From positions 1 through 59,314 of the forward strand of contig CAZTHB010000002.1 in assembly GCA_964613485.1 (NCBI GenBank): a stretch of DNA of 59,314 nucleotides, in the 5' to 3' direction. Both the position numbers and the translations under genes were made by a program. The notes beneath the pieces are model-generated. The model saw only the letters and a list, made by a program, of their open reading frames with translations, did no database searches and had not been told where the DNA came from. Positions 36,603 through 45,783 of this stretch are shown piece by piece (position 1 is the first letter of the stretch; each line of letters starts with the position of its first letter). Source of the stretch: an uncultured Candidatus Saccharibacteria bacterium (GTDB lineage Bacteria > Patescibacteriota > Saccharimonadia > CAILAD01 > GCA-016700035).

Positions 36603-39359
36603 TCACTTCATTTCTCCCCAGTTCTTCCCGACAGCTTCCCCTACTTCGATTGGTACAGCAAGCTTAATCACCTGCTCCATAGTTTCCTTGAGCAAGTCCT
36701 TAACCTCATCGACTAGGCGATCATCACATTCAACAATCAATTCGTCATGAATTTGCAAAATCATATGCGCTTCACCATGCAAACGACCTAATCTTGGTGC
36801 CAGCTGAATCATCGCTAATTTCATCATATCGGCTGCTGTACCCTGAAGAGGCATGTTCACAGCCTGCCTTTCGGCAGCAGATCGAACAATATAATTACTC
36901 GACTTAACATCGGGGCACGGGCGTCGTCGGCCAAACAATGTTTCGGTGTACCCCTCTTCATGGGCTTGCTTCTTAAGAAGCTGAATATAGTCCGCAACCC
37001 CTTTTCGGATTTCGAAATATCTATCGATAAAAGCCTTACTCTCCTCGTATGACATACCTGTCGCGACAGACAAGCCGTGCGTATTCATACCATACAGCAC
37101 GCCGAAGTTTACGGCCTTTGCAGCATAGCGTTGCTCTTTCGTAACGTCCTTCGGGTCAACACCAGCGACTAATGCCGCGGTCAGAGTATGGATGTCTACC
37201 CCAGACTTGAAGTCCTTGATCATTGGCTTGTCATCAGACATTGCAGCCGCTAGACGCAGCTCGATCTGACTATAGTCGGCCGACACAAAAGTCTTACCCT
37301 TATCAGCAATGAAGCCTTTGCGAATCTCACGCCCAAGTGGTGTACGTACTGGGATATTTTGTAAGTTTGGATTATTACTCGACAGCCGCCCAGTCTGCGC
37401 AATGGTTTGCTGATAACTTGTATGCACGCGCCCCGTCTTCGGCTGTACAAGTTTCGGTAGCGAATCGACATATGTGCTCTTCAACTTTGAGACTTCACGG
37501 TATTCAAATATCAAATCAATGATTGGGTGCTGACCCCGCAATTTTTCAAGCTCACTAGCGGCAGTGGAGGCCCCTCCGCTCTTTACTTTTTTCAAGCCCT
37601 CGCCTTCAATTTTCAACTTATTAAACAAAATATCCTTGAGCTGCTGTGTCGAGTTGATATTAAACTCCTCACCGGCGTGCTTATAGATCGCCTCTATCGT
37701 TGTGGTCAAGCGCTTATCGAGCTGCTTAGAGAAATGCGAGAAAAATGTCACATCTAGCTTCACGCCAGTCAGCTCAACATCCCCAAGCACAGGAATAAGT
37801 GGCCACTCGAGCTCTTCGGCAACTTCATCGAGTTTACCAATATTCTTGAGCTCCTTGCTCAGACGCTCGTACAATCGCCAAGCAATATCCGCGTCTTCCG
37901 CAGCATACTTGACTGCTTCACCGATCGGCACCTGATCAAAGGTCTTTTGATTTTTCCCTCGTGCGCCAATTAACTCGGTAATCTCGATCATCTCAAGACC
38001 CAACTCGGCGAGCGCCAAGCCCGATAAAGTCTGTGCTCGCCCCATCGGATTAATCAAAAAAGCCGCCACCATGGTGTCAAATACGATCCCCTGTATCGTC
38101 ACACCAGCACATTTGAGGATCTGATAGTCATATTTGATATTATGGCCGACCTTACCGATGGTAGCGTTCTCGAGTACTGGCCGCAGCGCATCGAGAACGA
38201 CAGACACGCTTAGTTGCTCTCCTTCCGCATGACCGACCGGAATGTAATAGGCTTCGCCCTCCTTCCAGGCAAGTGAGATGCCAACCAGCTGAGCCGCAAC
38301 CGGCTCGACCGATGTAGTCTCGGTATCAATCGAGAAGACCTTCTGTTTGTTAAGCTTCGCAACCAACTCATCCAGCTGCTCTTGGGAAGTAACACCCTCA
38401 TACTTTGCAGACTTCAAGTGTGATCGCAGTCGCTCGTGATCCCTCGCATCAACGTCATATATCTCATCAAAAAGATTCTTCTGCTGCCCGACTTCACTCT
38501 GTGGCAACTTCGCAATCAACGATCGAAACTCAAGCTTGTGCAGGAGCTGCACGACCTTATCTCGGTCATACCTATGTAAGCGCGCGTCTTCAAGCTCAAA
38601 ATCACATGGCACATCGCGAACGATGCGCGACAGCTCAAGCGAACGATAGGCATCTTCTTTTCCTGATTCGAGCTTGGCACGCAAGGCCGGCTTGAGCTCG
38701 TCAAGGTGATCATAGATACCATCGAGCGTCTTATACTTCACCACCAGCTCAGCGGCCGTCTTTTCGCCTACTCCCTTTACACCAGGGATGTTATCGCTCG
38801 TGTCCCCTTTGAGAGCTTTCGTCACCAAGAACTCTTCTGGCGTCACCCCATAACGATCCTGCACTGCTGCCGGATCATATAGCACCGTATCAGAGAATCC
38901 TCGCTTGAGCGTATATATGCTGACATGTTCATCTACCAGCTGCAACTCATCCATATCTCCGGTCACAATCACGACTTCGTGCTGCTTCTTGAGCCGCTCT
39001 GCAAGTGTGCCGATCACATCATCAGCTTCATACCCTTCTACACCGACGACCGGGATTTCAAATGCCGCCAGCAGATCCTTCGTCACATCAAACTGCGGCA
39101 CGAGATCTTTATCAGTCTCTTTACGTGTCGCTTTATACTTCTCATCAAGATCATGGCGAAATGTCTTGCCGGGCATGTCCCAAGCCACGACGACGTACTC
39201 TGGCTTGAGCTCCTTGATGGCATTAAGGAGCATCATCGTAAAGCCATACACTCCATTAGTCGGCACACCATCTTTGGTACTTAAAAAAGGAATAGCGTGA
39301 AATCCGCGGTGCAATAAAGCGTGGCCGTCGAATATAGCGACTCGTGATCTAGTGCTCAT
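36603..39359 (-). CDS. polA: DNA polymerase I
   Basis: The 918-aa protein has 5'-nuclease, 3'-5' exonuclease-like and polymerase domains (SADYSQIELR, QIHDELIVE). Confidence 0.97.
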   Translation of the reverse strand: MSTRSRVAIFDGHALLHRGFHAIPFLSTKDGVPTNGVYGFTMMLLNAIKELKPEYVVVAWDMPGKTFRHDLDEKYKATRKETDKDLVPQFDVTKDLLAAFEIPVVGVEGYEADDVIGTLAERLKKQHEVVIVTGDMDELQLVDEHVSIYTLKRGFSDTVLYDPAAVQDRYGVTPEEFLVTKALKGDTSDNIPGVKGVGEKTAAELVVKYKTLDGIYDHLDELKPALRAKLESGKEDAYRSLELSRIVRDVPCDFELEDARLHRYDRDKVVQLLHKLEFRSLIAKLPQSEVGQQKNLFDEIYDVDARDHERLRSHLKSAKYEGVTSQEQLDELVAKLNKQKVFSIDTETTSVEPVAAQLVGISLAWKEGEAYYIPVGHAEGEQLSVSVVLDALRPVLENATIGKVGHNIKYDYQILKCAGVTIQGIVFDTMVAAFLINPMGRAQTLSGLALAELGLEMIEITELIGARGKNQKTFDQVPIGEAVKYAAEDADIAWRLYERLSKELKNIGKLDEVAEELEWPLIPVLGDVELTGVKLDVTFFSHFSKQLDKRLTTTIEAIYKHAGEEFNINSTQQLKDILFNKLKIEGEGLKKVKSGGASTAASELEKLRGQHPIIDLIFEYREVSKLKSTYVDSLPKLVQPKTGRVHTSYQQTIAQTGRLSSNNPNLQNIPVRTPLGREIRKGFIADKGKTFVSADYSQIELRLAAAMSDDKPMIKDFKSGVDIHTLTAALVAGVDPKDVTKEQRYAAKAVNFGVLYGMNTHGLSVATGMSYEESKAFIDRYFEIRKGVADYIQLLKKQAHEEGYTETLFGRRRPCPDVKSSNYIVRSAAERQAVNMPLQGTAADMMKLAMIQLAPRLGRLHGEAHMILQIHDELIVECDDRLVDEVKDLLKETMEQVIKLAVPIEVGEAVGKNWGEMK

Positions 39360-39367
39360 GAATGTTA

Positions 39368-40177
39368 TTATACCTGTTTTTCAGATAAGGAGGAGTCTGG
39401 GCTGGCCAACATCTGCAAGCGCAAGATTAGAAAGAGCTGACGCATACTATCTGCAATCTGCTGCGAGTGAATCACCGTACCGAATACTTCTTGCCCGTAA
39501 CTGAGATATGCGACCTTATCGGCGTAGATATTTATCTCTACCGGCATATTGTATGCTTCTGGGTCATAAAATGTATGTTCAATCAAATGTACTTTATGTT
39601 TAGCGGGTGTTTTTGGCAGCGTAAACCCTTTAGGAGTCAGTGCTTGAACCTTAATCCCCTTACGCACTCGAGTTGCGACAAAATCATCCAGATAATCTGA
39701 CCCAAGAAAATCATGCTGATTCGGCGAGATGATCAGCATAACATCCGCCTTTGTTTGTAGGATGTCATCATAAATATCCTTAAGACCTTCAATACCTTGG
39801 TAATGACGCACGGCTGGCTGCTCTGTTAACTGATGATATCTCTGTGTGAGCGTAGGTAGCAATGATTTAAAACGATATTCGTTATTGAGCAAAATATTTC
39901 TTCGCCTCTCAGCCAGCATTTCGATCTGAATCGGATTAGCTGGCAAGTAGCTCAATCGCTTACCTATCTTTGATTTTGTGATGAGCTGCAACTGTTCAAG
40001 ACGTACAAGAATAGAATACGCATTGGTGCGAGTCTCCCCGAGCCTCTCTGTAATGAGAGCCGGGGTGATTTCACCAATATCTAGAGCCAGTAAATATGCT
40101 GCCGCTTGATTCTGCTTGAGCCCAAGGCCCTCTAAAATACTGATATCACTTGATTGTTGTAGATTTGTCGATTTCAT
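39368..40177 (-). CDS. TrmB-family transcriptional regulator
   Basis: It has an N-terminal winged HTH (LGLKQNQAAAYLLALDIGEITPALITERLGETRTNAYSILVRLEQL). It is the first gene of the trmB-like/polA/mutM/holA string. TATAAT lies 9 nt upstream of the ATG. Confidence 0.75.
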   Translation of the reverse strand: MKSTNLQQSSDISILEGLGLKQNQAAAYLLALDIGEITPALITERLGETRTNAYSILVRLEQLQLITKSKIGKRLSYLPANPIQIEMLAERRRNILLNNEYRFKSLLPTLTQRYHQLTEQPAVRHYQGIEGLKDIYDDILQTKADVMLIISPNQHDFLGSDYLDDFVATRVRKGIKVQALTPKGFTLPKTPAKHKVHLIEHTFYDPEAYNMPVEINIYADKVAYLSYGQEVFGTVIHSQQIADSMRQLFLILRLQMLASPDSSLSEKQV

Positions 40178-40523
40178 TTCGACATAATTATAGCAAATTT
40201 TTACCTGTTATTCTAGTACTTTGCCATTCTATATTGACGATTAATGCTAATTACTCCATACTGTGTCCATCAAAACAAACAGCACCTACTAGTCACACAG
40301 AGTCCACCGCAAAGTCCTACAGGCAGATGAATGAATCACCTCTCCGTAAGACTTTACGGCCTTCACATAGACACCAATGATCTCGACAGCAGCTTCGGAA
40401 CTGCTGCCGGGATCCCAAAGATCTCGGGTGTGAAAACCCGGCATAATTCCGAAAACCGGACTCATACAGCAACGGCCCAGTGACCGACTCACTGAAGAGC
40501 ACCTACCAATACAAGGAGAAATC

Positions 40524-41066
40524 ATGGCCCGAGAGGGTTTCATCAGCCAGGACGACCGTCGCAAGGTCGCCTCAGACACAATCTGGGGCATGTCCCGCGG
40601 ACTGTTCGTCATCGTGGCAGTCATCATCGCAGCCTCGGTGATCGGCGCAGCCTCCTGGGGCATCAGCGTCGCCACCAGCGGCCCGCGTGGTGCCGGTGAC
40701 GTCGTGCGGGAACGCAACGACGCCAACAACCGGATCAGCGCTCAGGCCTTCTTCGAGGACACGTACGCCACCATCAAGGCGCAGGACCTCAAGTTGACCG
40801 ACGCGCAGCAGGCACTGGACGAGTTCCTGGCCACCACACCGCAGCCCACCAGCTCCGACATGGTCCAGCTGCAGCTCTACACGCAGCAGCTCAAGGCCAA
40901 GCAAACGACGGTGACCGGTCTCACCCAGATCTGTCAGGATGCCGTCGCGCGCTACAACGCCGAAGCCCGGAAGACCATCCGTGCCGAGTGGCGCGCTGAA
41001 GACCTGCCGTACCAGATCGACGCCACGTCGAGCTCGGACGAAACGGACTGCCAGCCGGCAGCCTGA
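40524..41066 (+). CDS. Hypothetical type II membrane protein (N-in, single TM, coiled-coil-like ectodomain) encoded in the high-GC island
   Basis: An AAGGAG SD lies 5 nt upstream of the ATG. The TM is LFVIVAVIIAASVIGAASWGISV. Coding periodicity is strongly G/C-ending. Confidence 0.7.
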   Translation: MAREGFISQDDRRKVASDTIWGMSRGLFVIVAVIIAASVIGAASWGISVATSGPRGAGDVVRERNDANNRISAQAFFEDTYATIKAQDLKLTDAQQALDEFLATTPQPTSSDMVQLQLYTQQLKAKQTTVTGLTQICQDAVARYNAEARKTIRAEWRAEDLPYQIDATSSSDETDCQPAA

Positions 41067-41138
41067 TCAAATTCGAGTCAACCCATCCACACCCCGGGGA
41101 GGGGCACCCTGCCCCTCCCATCAAGCAGAAAGAGACCC

Positions 41139-41735
41139 ATGAAGAACCTGAAGAAGTACCTCATCCTGCCCCTACTCGTCGCATGCATCGGCTTCACCGC
41201 CGTCGCCTGCAGCAGCGGCCCCAAGGAAGACTCCGCCCAAGGAGCCACCCAGAAGGTCACCGAGGAGTACAGCAAGGCAGCGGTCGAGGCTGTTCCCTAC
41301 CCGCTCCAGGAGATGAAGGAGGGCGGCTGGCTCGAGCGCATGAACTTGCGCGAGCGCCTCATCCGCTACTCCAAAGCTGACAAGATCAGCTACATCTACC
41401 TGTTCTCCGGGCAGGGTCAGCTCTTGGCCAACTACACCGTGAAGGGCAAGGTGTCCAACACCAGCTCCCAGATGACCACCGCCCAGACGGTCGACGACTA
41501 CTGCGGATCGGGCAACTACTGCCCGATGGCAATCGACGCCCCGATGGACGACGGTACCTGGGGTCCCTCCGAGGACGCCATCTTCTTCTTCACCACCGAT
41601 GGTGTGATGGTGCAGTGGCCCGGCCTCTACGTCTTGGCCGACGCTCCACTGGACCTCACCACCCAGCCGGTGCTGGTGTACAACACGGGCTCCAAGCCCA
41701 GCTCCGTCGCCGACGAGAAAAACTACGGCGGCTAA
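41139..41735 (+). CDS. Hypothetical lipoprotein encoded in the high-GC island
   Basis: The signal peptide MKNLKKYLILPLLVAC IGFTAVAC SSG has lipobox-like LVAC/AVAC. The mature part contains a Cys pair (DDYCGSGNYC). GC3 is high. Confidence 0.7.
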   Translation: MKNLKKYLILPLLVACIGFTAVACSSGPKEDSAQGATQKVTEEYSKAAVEAVPYPLQEMKEGGWLERMNLRERLIRYSKADKISYIYLFSGQGQLLANYTVKGKVSNTSSQMTTAQTVDDYCGSGNYCPMAIDAPMDDGTWGPSEDAIFFFTTDGVMVQWPGLYVLADAPLDLTTQPVLVYNTGSKPSSVADEKNYGG

Positions 41736-41799
41736 CCGAGCCATTGGACAATCGAGAGCCATTTGTCTCTCGTCTGCCACTCGAGCACTCTCTCGAGTA

Positions 41800-41825
41800 C
41801 CCACCCCTTGCAACATAGGGGTGGG
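41800..41825 (+). terminator. Stem-loop at the right end of the island (9-bp GC-rich stem, no U-tract)
   Basis: The stem-loop is cccacccct-tgcaacat-aggggtggg. A second hairpin, actcgag-cactct-ctcgagt, precedes it at 41779-41798. Confidence 0.4.
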
Positions 41826-41836
41826 ATTACCCATAT

Positions 41837-41865
41837 TTGAATAATACTAAGAACACATAGATAAT
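41837..41865 (+). promoter_or_regulatory. Sigma-70-type promoter placed for a leaderless transcript of the 99-aa gene
   Basis: TTGAAT (41837-41842) is followed by a 17-nt spacer and GATAAT (41860-41865). The ATG follows after 6 more nt at 41872. Confidence 0.5.
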
Positions 41866-41871
41866 AAACAC

Positions 41872-42171
41872 ATGACAATAATCGAATCTGAAAATCGAGA
41901 ACGGGACGAAGCGGAAGAAATGACCACTTACCAGGAAACGGTTGGCCGAGACACCCCGGAGGGGCGCGAGGGACTCAGAGACGCCCTGCAGGGTTTGCGC
42001 GACTTAGCGGCTCAGCATGAATCTGGCGCAATCGATGAACCCGACTGGAGAATTCCTGAAGAAACAAAAGCAACTGGCCGGAGAGGAATTGCTGAAGCGC
42101 GTGCTGCGCTTAAGGCCACAGATGAACGGCGCGCGGCGCGTGAAGCCGCTAGCGAAGAAGAGACAAACTAA
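41872..42171 (+). CDS. Hypothetical small, highly charged (acidic, Arg/Glu/Ala-rich) protein
   Basis: The 99-aa ORF has its own promoter and a strong terminator. I recognised no motif. Confidence 0.5.
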   Translation: MTIIESENRERDEAEEMTTYQETVGRDTPEGREGLRDALQGLRDLAAQHESGAIDEPDWRIPEETKATGRRGIAEARAALKATDERRAAREAASEEETN

Positions 42172-42198
42172 AAAAGAGCCCCTAGAGGCTCTTTTTTA
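42170..42198. terminator. Bidirectional intrinsic terminator between the 99-aa gene and rpoD
   Basis: The sequence is aaaaaAGAGCCcctagaGGCTCTttttt. Confidence 0.75.
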
Positions 42199-42219
42199 AC
42201 ATTACCGCTTAACAACTTC

Positions 42220-43347
42220 CTACTGGAGGTAGTCTTTAAGACGCTTTGAATCCTTGTGCTTACGCAGCTTCGCGAGTGCCTTCGCTTCGATCTGACGAAT
42301 GCGCTCTCGTGTCACGCCGAATTCTTGCCCCACTTCTTCGAGAGTGTGACTCTTACCATCCTCAAGACCGAAGCGCATACGCAAGATCTTCTGTTCGCGA
42401 GGAGTCAGGAGTGCCAGCGTATCGTTAATGTGCTCCTTGAGAAGCTCATAGGTCGCAGCGTCAACTGGAGAGACCGAATCTTGATCTTCGATAAATTCTC
42501 CGAGAGTCGAGTCTTCATCTTCACCAACCGCCGCATCAAGCGAAGTCGTGTCTTGGCTGATCTTCTGAATATGGAGCACCTTCTCGACATCCATTTCCAT
42601 TTCTTTTGCCAGCTCCTCTGGACTTGGTTCACGTCCAAGTTCGCTCGTCAGGCGACGCTGCGTACGAATAAGTTTATTGATTGTCTCTACCATGTGGACT
42701 GGGATGCGAATCACACGTGCCTGGTCTGCTATCGCACGCGTAATCGCTTGACGAATCCACCACGTAGCGTAAGTGGAGAATTTAAATCCCTTAGTGTAGT
42801 CAAACTTCTCTACGGCACGCAAAAGGCCTGTGTTACCTTCCTGGATGAGATCAAGTAAGTCCAAACCACGCCCAATGTACTTCTTGGCAATCGAGACCAC
42901 AAGACGCATGTTAGCTTCAGCGAGAGCGTCCTTTGCGGACTTGTCGCCCTGCTCTATACGCTTAGCCAACGAGACTTCTTCTTCTGCATTGATCAGTGGT
43001 ATTTTACCGATTTCGCGAAGGTACAAACGCACTGAGTCATCAGCGATATCTTTGATCGCTTCTTCACTGACCGCATTCTCAACATCTTCTTCTGGTTCGG
43101 TCTGCCAAATAAGCTTGTCTTTTTGGTCGACGACTTCGATCCCGGCATCGATCAAGGCCGAGTATAAATCATCCAATAGATCTACTTGTTCCTCTGCTTG
43201 AGGGATTGCTTTAAGTACTTCCTGCTGAGTAACGAACCCTTGTTCGCGTCCCTTGGTCACCAGTCGCTCAACTGCTGGCTTGAGTTCTTCAGGGATATTT
43301 GGCTCGAGATTACGAGCTTCTTCTGGTTGAGCTTTTTTGCGTGGCAT
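42220..43347 (-). CDS. rpoD: RNA polymerase primary sigma factor (sigma-70 family)
   Basis: It has regions 1.2-4.2, including [40 protein letters not shown] and the region 4 HTH. Confidence 0.97.
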   Translation of the reverse strand: MPRKKAQPEEARNLEPNIPEELKPAVERLVTKGREQGFVTQQEVLKAIPQAEEQVDLLDDLYSALIDAGIEVVDQKDKLIWQTEPEEDVENAVSEEAIKDIADDSVRLYLREIGKIPLINAEEEVSLAKRIEQGDKSAKDALAEANMRLVVSIAKKYIGRGLDLLDLIQEGNTGLLRAVEKFDYTKGFKFSTYATWWIRQAITRAIADQARVIRIPVHMVETINKLIRTQRRLTSELGREPSPEELAKEMEMDVEKVLHIQKISQDTTSLDAAVGEDEDSTLGEFIEDQDSVSPVDAATYELLKEHINDTLALLTPREQKILRMRFGLEDGKSHTLEEVGQEFGVTRERIRQIEAKALAKLRKHKDSKRLKDYLQ

Positions 43348-43392
43348 ATCTATCCTTCCACTAACTTAGTAATAATGTATATAAAGTTGTAA

Positions 43393-45165
43393 TTACAGGT
43401 AGGTGCTTTCATCTTCCAGGAGGCGTTGGTACGCTTTGAGGAGCTCATTGGCAGCAGGCATATTGCCTTGCTGTTCTGCAACAGCAAGCTGACGTGATAA
43501 TTCTCTCTTCTTAAGAATAAAAATGTGTTTTTGCACTGTGTGCACTTGGGTAAAGGCTTCGAGCCCGCGTTCGTGTTCGCTTAAATGCGAATATTCATGT
43601 TCACCCCGTAGTGACAGCATCTTAACACGATCCGCCTGCTCTGGCAAGGATTTTAGGATCTGCTTCTCGGTCATTTCTGGGCGCTCAATGAGTATCTTCA
43701 CGAGCTCTTTATTCGTGTCCGATACATCGGAAATATTCAGATCCTGCAGAACCATACGAGTATCAGCAAACGCCAGGACCATCTCCATGAGCATATCTTC
43801 GAATTGCTCTTGGCGTGTCCGTTTGGTGGCTTTGGAGGCCTGAACACTAGGCGTCTGGTCATCATTCTGCTGTACTATTTGTTTGTTCGATTGAGTATTT
43901 TTATGTCCTTGTTTATGAATTTGTTCTCGAAGTAACTGTGCATCAACAGCTACCATAGATGCAATCTGTCTAATGTAATGATCGCGCTCGACTGAGTCAT
44001 GGAGACGCGCTATCACAGGCAATACAAACCCCACGAACTTCTTCTTACCATCACCCGACGACAGATCATGCTGGCTGGCGGCGTAGCTAATGATGTAATC
44101 AACTACATATGCGGCCTGCTCATACGCGACCACCCAGAGCTTCGGATCCTGCTTGATGAGTTCATCTGGATCCTTTGCCTGATCAAACCGTATCACTTCA
44201 AGGCGAATCGGAAGGCTGGCACCAAGCTCTAGAGCACGTTGAGTAGCTTTGATGCCGGCTTCATCCTGATCAAAACAGAGCTTCACCTTATTCGCCATCC
44301 GGCTCAGACTGACGAGCTGCTCCTGTGTAAGCGCGGTTCCACTGACCGCAACCACCTGTTCGTATCCAGCTTGCCAAACACTCAGAACATCGAGGTGCCC
44401 CTCGACTATAATTACCTCATCCTTAGTACGGATCGATTTTTTCGCTTGCTTCAACCCAAATATAGCTGTGGTCTTGTGGTATATCGGCGTATCGGACGAA
44501 TTAATGTATTTAGCAGCCTTTGCGTCCCCGAGAAGACGGCCCGAAAACCCGACCGCACGTCCACGCGCGTCGTACACTGGAAACATAATACGATCACGAA
44601 ACACATCGTAACCTGATTTACGCCCTGCCTTTTGAGTACTCAGCCCGGCTAGTTTTAGCTCATCTAATGTATAGCCGCGCTTCATAGCATAATCTGTAAG
44701 GCTAGACCATTCTTCAGAAGCATACCCAAGCGTAAAGGCCTTAATAGCCTCGGCCTTAATGCCTCGTTGATCTTTGATATATGCGAGCGCAGACGGTGAC
44801 TGTGAGAGCTGCAAGTGGTAGAACTTTACGGCCAACTCAACCAACTCATACAAGCGACTTCGGTCATCCCGTGGTGCGCGCGATTGTTTACTCAGCGTAA
44901 CGCCCGCCCTTTGTGCAAGCATCTCAAGCGCCTCCGGGAAGCTGATGCCTTCTGCGCGCATCACGAAGCTGATCACATCACCGCCCTCACTCGCACCAAA
45001 ATCGTGCCAGATCTGCTTATCTGGACTGACGAAAAAGCTGGCGGTCTTCTCGTCGCGAAATGGCGAACGCGCCTTATAATCCTTGCCGGCTTTCTTAAGC
45101 TCAACATAGCCGCCTACGATCTCGACAATATCGATCTTCGACTTTACGAGCTCTGCGTCATTCAT
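43393..45165 (-). CDS. dnaG: DNA primase
   Basis: It has a zinc-ribbon region and a TOPRIM domain (IIVEGHLDVLS). The dnaG-rpoD gene order is present. Confidence 0.95.
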   Translation of the reverse strand: MNDAELVKSKIDIVEIVGGYVELKKAGKDYKARSPFRDEKTASFFVSPDKQIWHDFGASEGGDVISFVMRAEGISFPEALEMLAQRAGVTLSKQSRAPRDDRSRLYELVELAVKFYHLQLSQSPSALAYIKDQRGIKAEAIKAFTLGYASEEWSSLTDYAMKRGYTLDELKLAGLSTQKAGRKSGYDVFRDRIMFPVYDARGRAVGFSGRLLGDAKAAKYINSSDTPIYHKTTAIFGLKQAKKSIRTKDEVIIVEGHLDVLSVWQAGYEQVVAVSGTALTQEQLVSLSRMANKVKLCFDQDEAGIKATQRALELGASLPIRLEVIRFDQAKDPDELIKQDPKLWVVAYEQAAYVVDYIISYAASQHDLSSGDGKKKFVGFVLPVIARLHDSVERDHYIRQIASMVAVDAQLLREQIHKQGHKNTQSNKQIVQQNDDQTPSVQASKATKRTRQEQFEDMLMEMVLAFADTRMVLQDLNISDVSDTNKELVKILIERPEMTEKQILKSLPEQADRVKMLSLRGEHEYSHLSEHERGLEAFTQVHTVQKHIFILKKRELSRQLAVAEQQGNMPAANELLKAYQRLLEDESTYL

Positions 45166-45171
45166 AGATTC

Positions 45172-45177
45172 ATTATA
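45172..45177 (-). promoter_or_regulatory. -10 box (TATAAT on minus strand) 6 nt upstream of the dnaG ATG; putative leaderless promoter
   Basis: The minus strand reads ggcTATAATgaatctATG. There is no SD. Confidence 0.4.
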
Positions 45178-45228
45178 GCCTGCTTTATCGAGAAAACCGA
45201 TCGCAGTACGAAAGTAATCCTTTAAAAC

Positions 45229-45783
45229 CTACAGATATTCCAAGAGCTTTGGAAAAATTTGCATGCCGCGAGAACCCAAAAAATGCCCAAATCCACGTAA
45301 AGCCACGAGGTCTGCCTCCAGCTTTTGAGCAAGCTTAAGCGTACGTTCTGGTGCTACAACTTCATCGTCATCACTATACATACATACCCATTGCATAACA
45401 TTGCCTCGCAGTACTGACCAATTTGGTTCTGGTGAAAAGAACTCACTCGCACGCCTATCAGGAGCATCGTAAAAGCCCGCAACCAGCACGACTTTGTCCA
45501 GCACTACACCGCTCGGTAAATGTTCGACGGCACGTAACGCCTGCCAGCAACCTAGCGAATGCGCGACAATCAATGCGTAGGGACGTATCTGCGCACCCAG
45601 TTCATCCATATGTTGCTGCCAAACCGCTATATCAGCCCGCTTACGGATAGCTGGAAAATGTGGCGCCAACACATCATAGCCGCGATCATGCAGCTGAGAC
45701 TGCAGCCAGCCTAACCAGCCACTATTCGGATCATCATCCCAGCCATGCAGGACGATCGCCTGTCGACCTACTTCCATGTCCAT
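45229..45783 (-). CDS. Alpha/beta serine hydrolase (YdeN/RBBP9-like)
   Basis: The 184-aa protein has a nucleophile-elbow-like AHSLGC and a C-terminal GHF motif. The start overlaps the upstream gene; an alternative ATG is at 45777. Confidence 0.65.
   Translation of the reverse strand: MDMEVGRQAIVLHGWDDDPNSGWLGWLQSQLHDRGYDVLAPHFPAIRKRADIAVWQQHMDELGAQIRPYALIVAHSLGCWQALRAVEHLPSGVVLDKVVLVAGFYDAPDRRASEFFSPEPNWSVLRGNVMQWVCMYSDDDEVVAPERTLKLAQKLEADLVALRGFGHFLGSRGMQIFPKLLEYL

Larger units (their letters stand above)
40261..41825. other. Compositionally atypical high-GC island (putative horizontally acquired DNA)
   Basis: A hand-counted sample (40591-40690) is 69% G+C, against 48-51% in flanking genes. 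Codon third positions are mostly G/C. Long spurious antisense ORFs appear only here. It is bounded by the near-identical words ATTACTCCATA (40250-40260) and ATTACCCATA (41826-41835). Confidence 0.7.

Noticed and set aside
40331-40483. A 50-codon ORF (MNHLSVRLYGLHIDTNDLDSSFGTAAGIPK...) in the left part of the island.
   Set aside because: It has no SD or promoter, an unremarkable composition and no recognisable motif. It could be a gene remnant, but I cannot support calling it.
40524-41735. The idea that the island's membrane protein + lipoprotein pair is a phage i-spanin/o-spanin pair or a lysis cassette.
   Set aside because: The lipoprotein is 198 aa, far larger than o-spanins. The two genes are not embedded or overlapping. 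No holin or endolysin is adjacent. Spanins are not expected for monoderm or actinobacterial hosts.
40289-41834. Long antisense or overlapping ORFs in the island: 41172-41834 (-) 220 aa, 40289-40729 (-) 146 aa, 40572-40904 (-) 110 aa, and several 60-67-aa ORFs.
   Set aside because: They are shadow ORFs typical of high-GC coding DNA. They have Arg/Gly/Ala-rich nonsense-like composition and no SD. They overlap the two plus-strand genes, which have a clear SD, a signal peptide and G/C-ending codon periodicity.
42256-42858. A 200-aa plus-strand ORF.
   Set aside because: It is antisense to rpoD.
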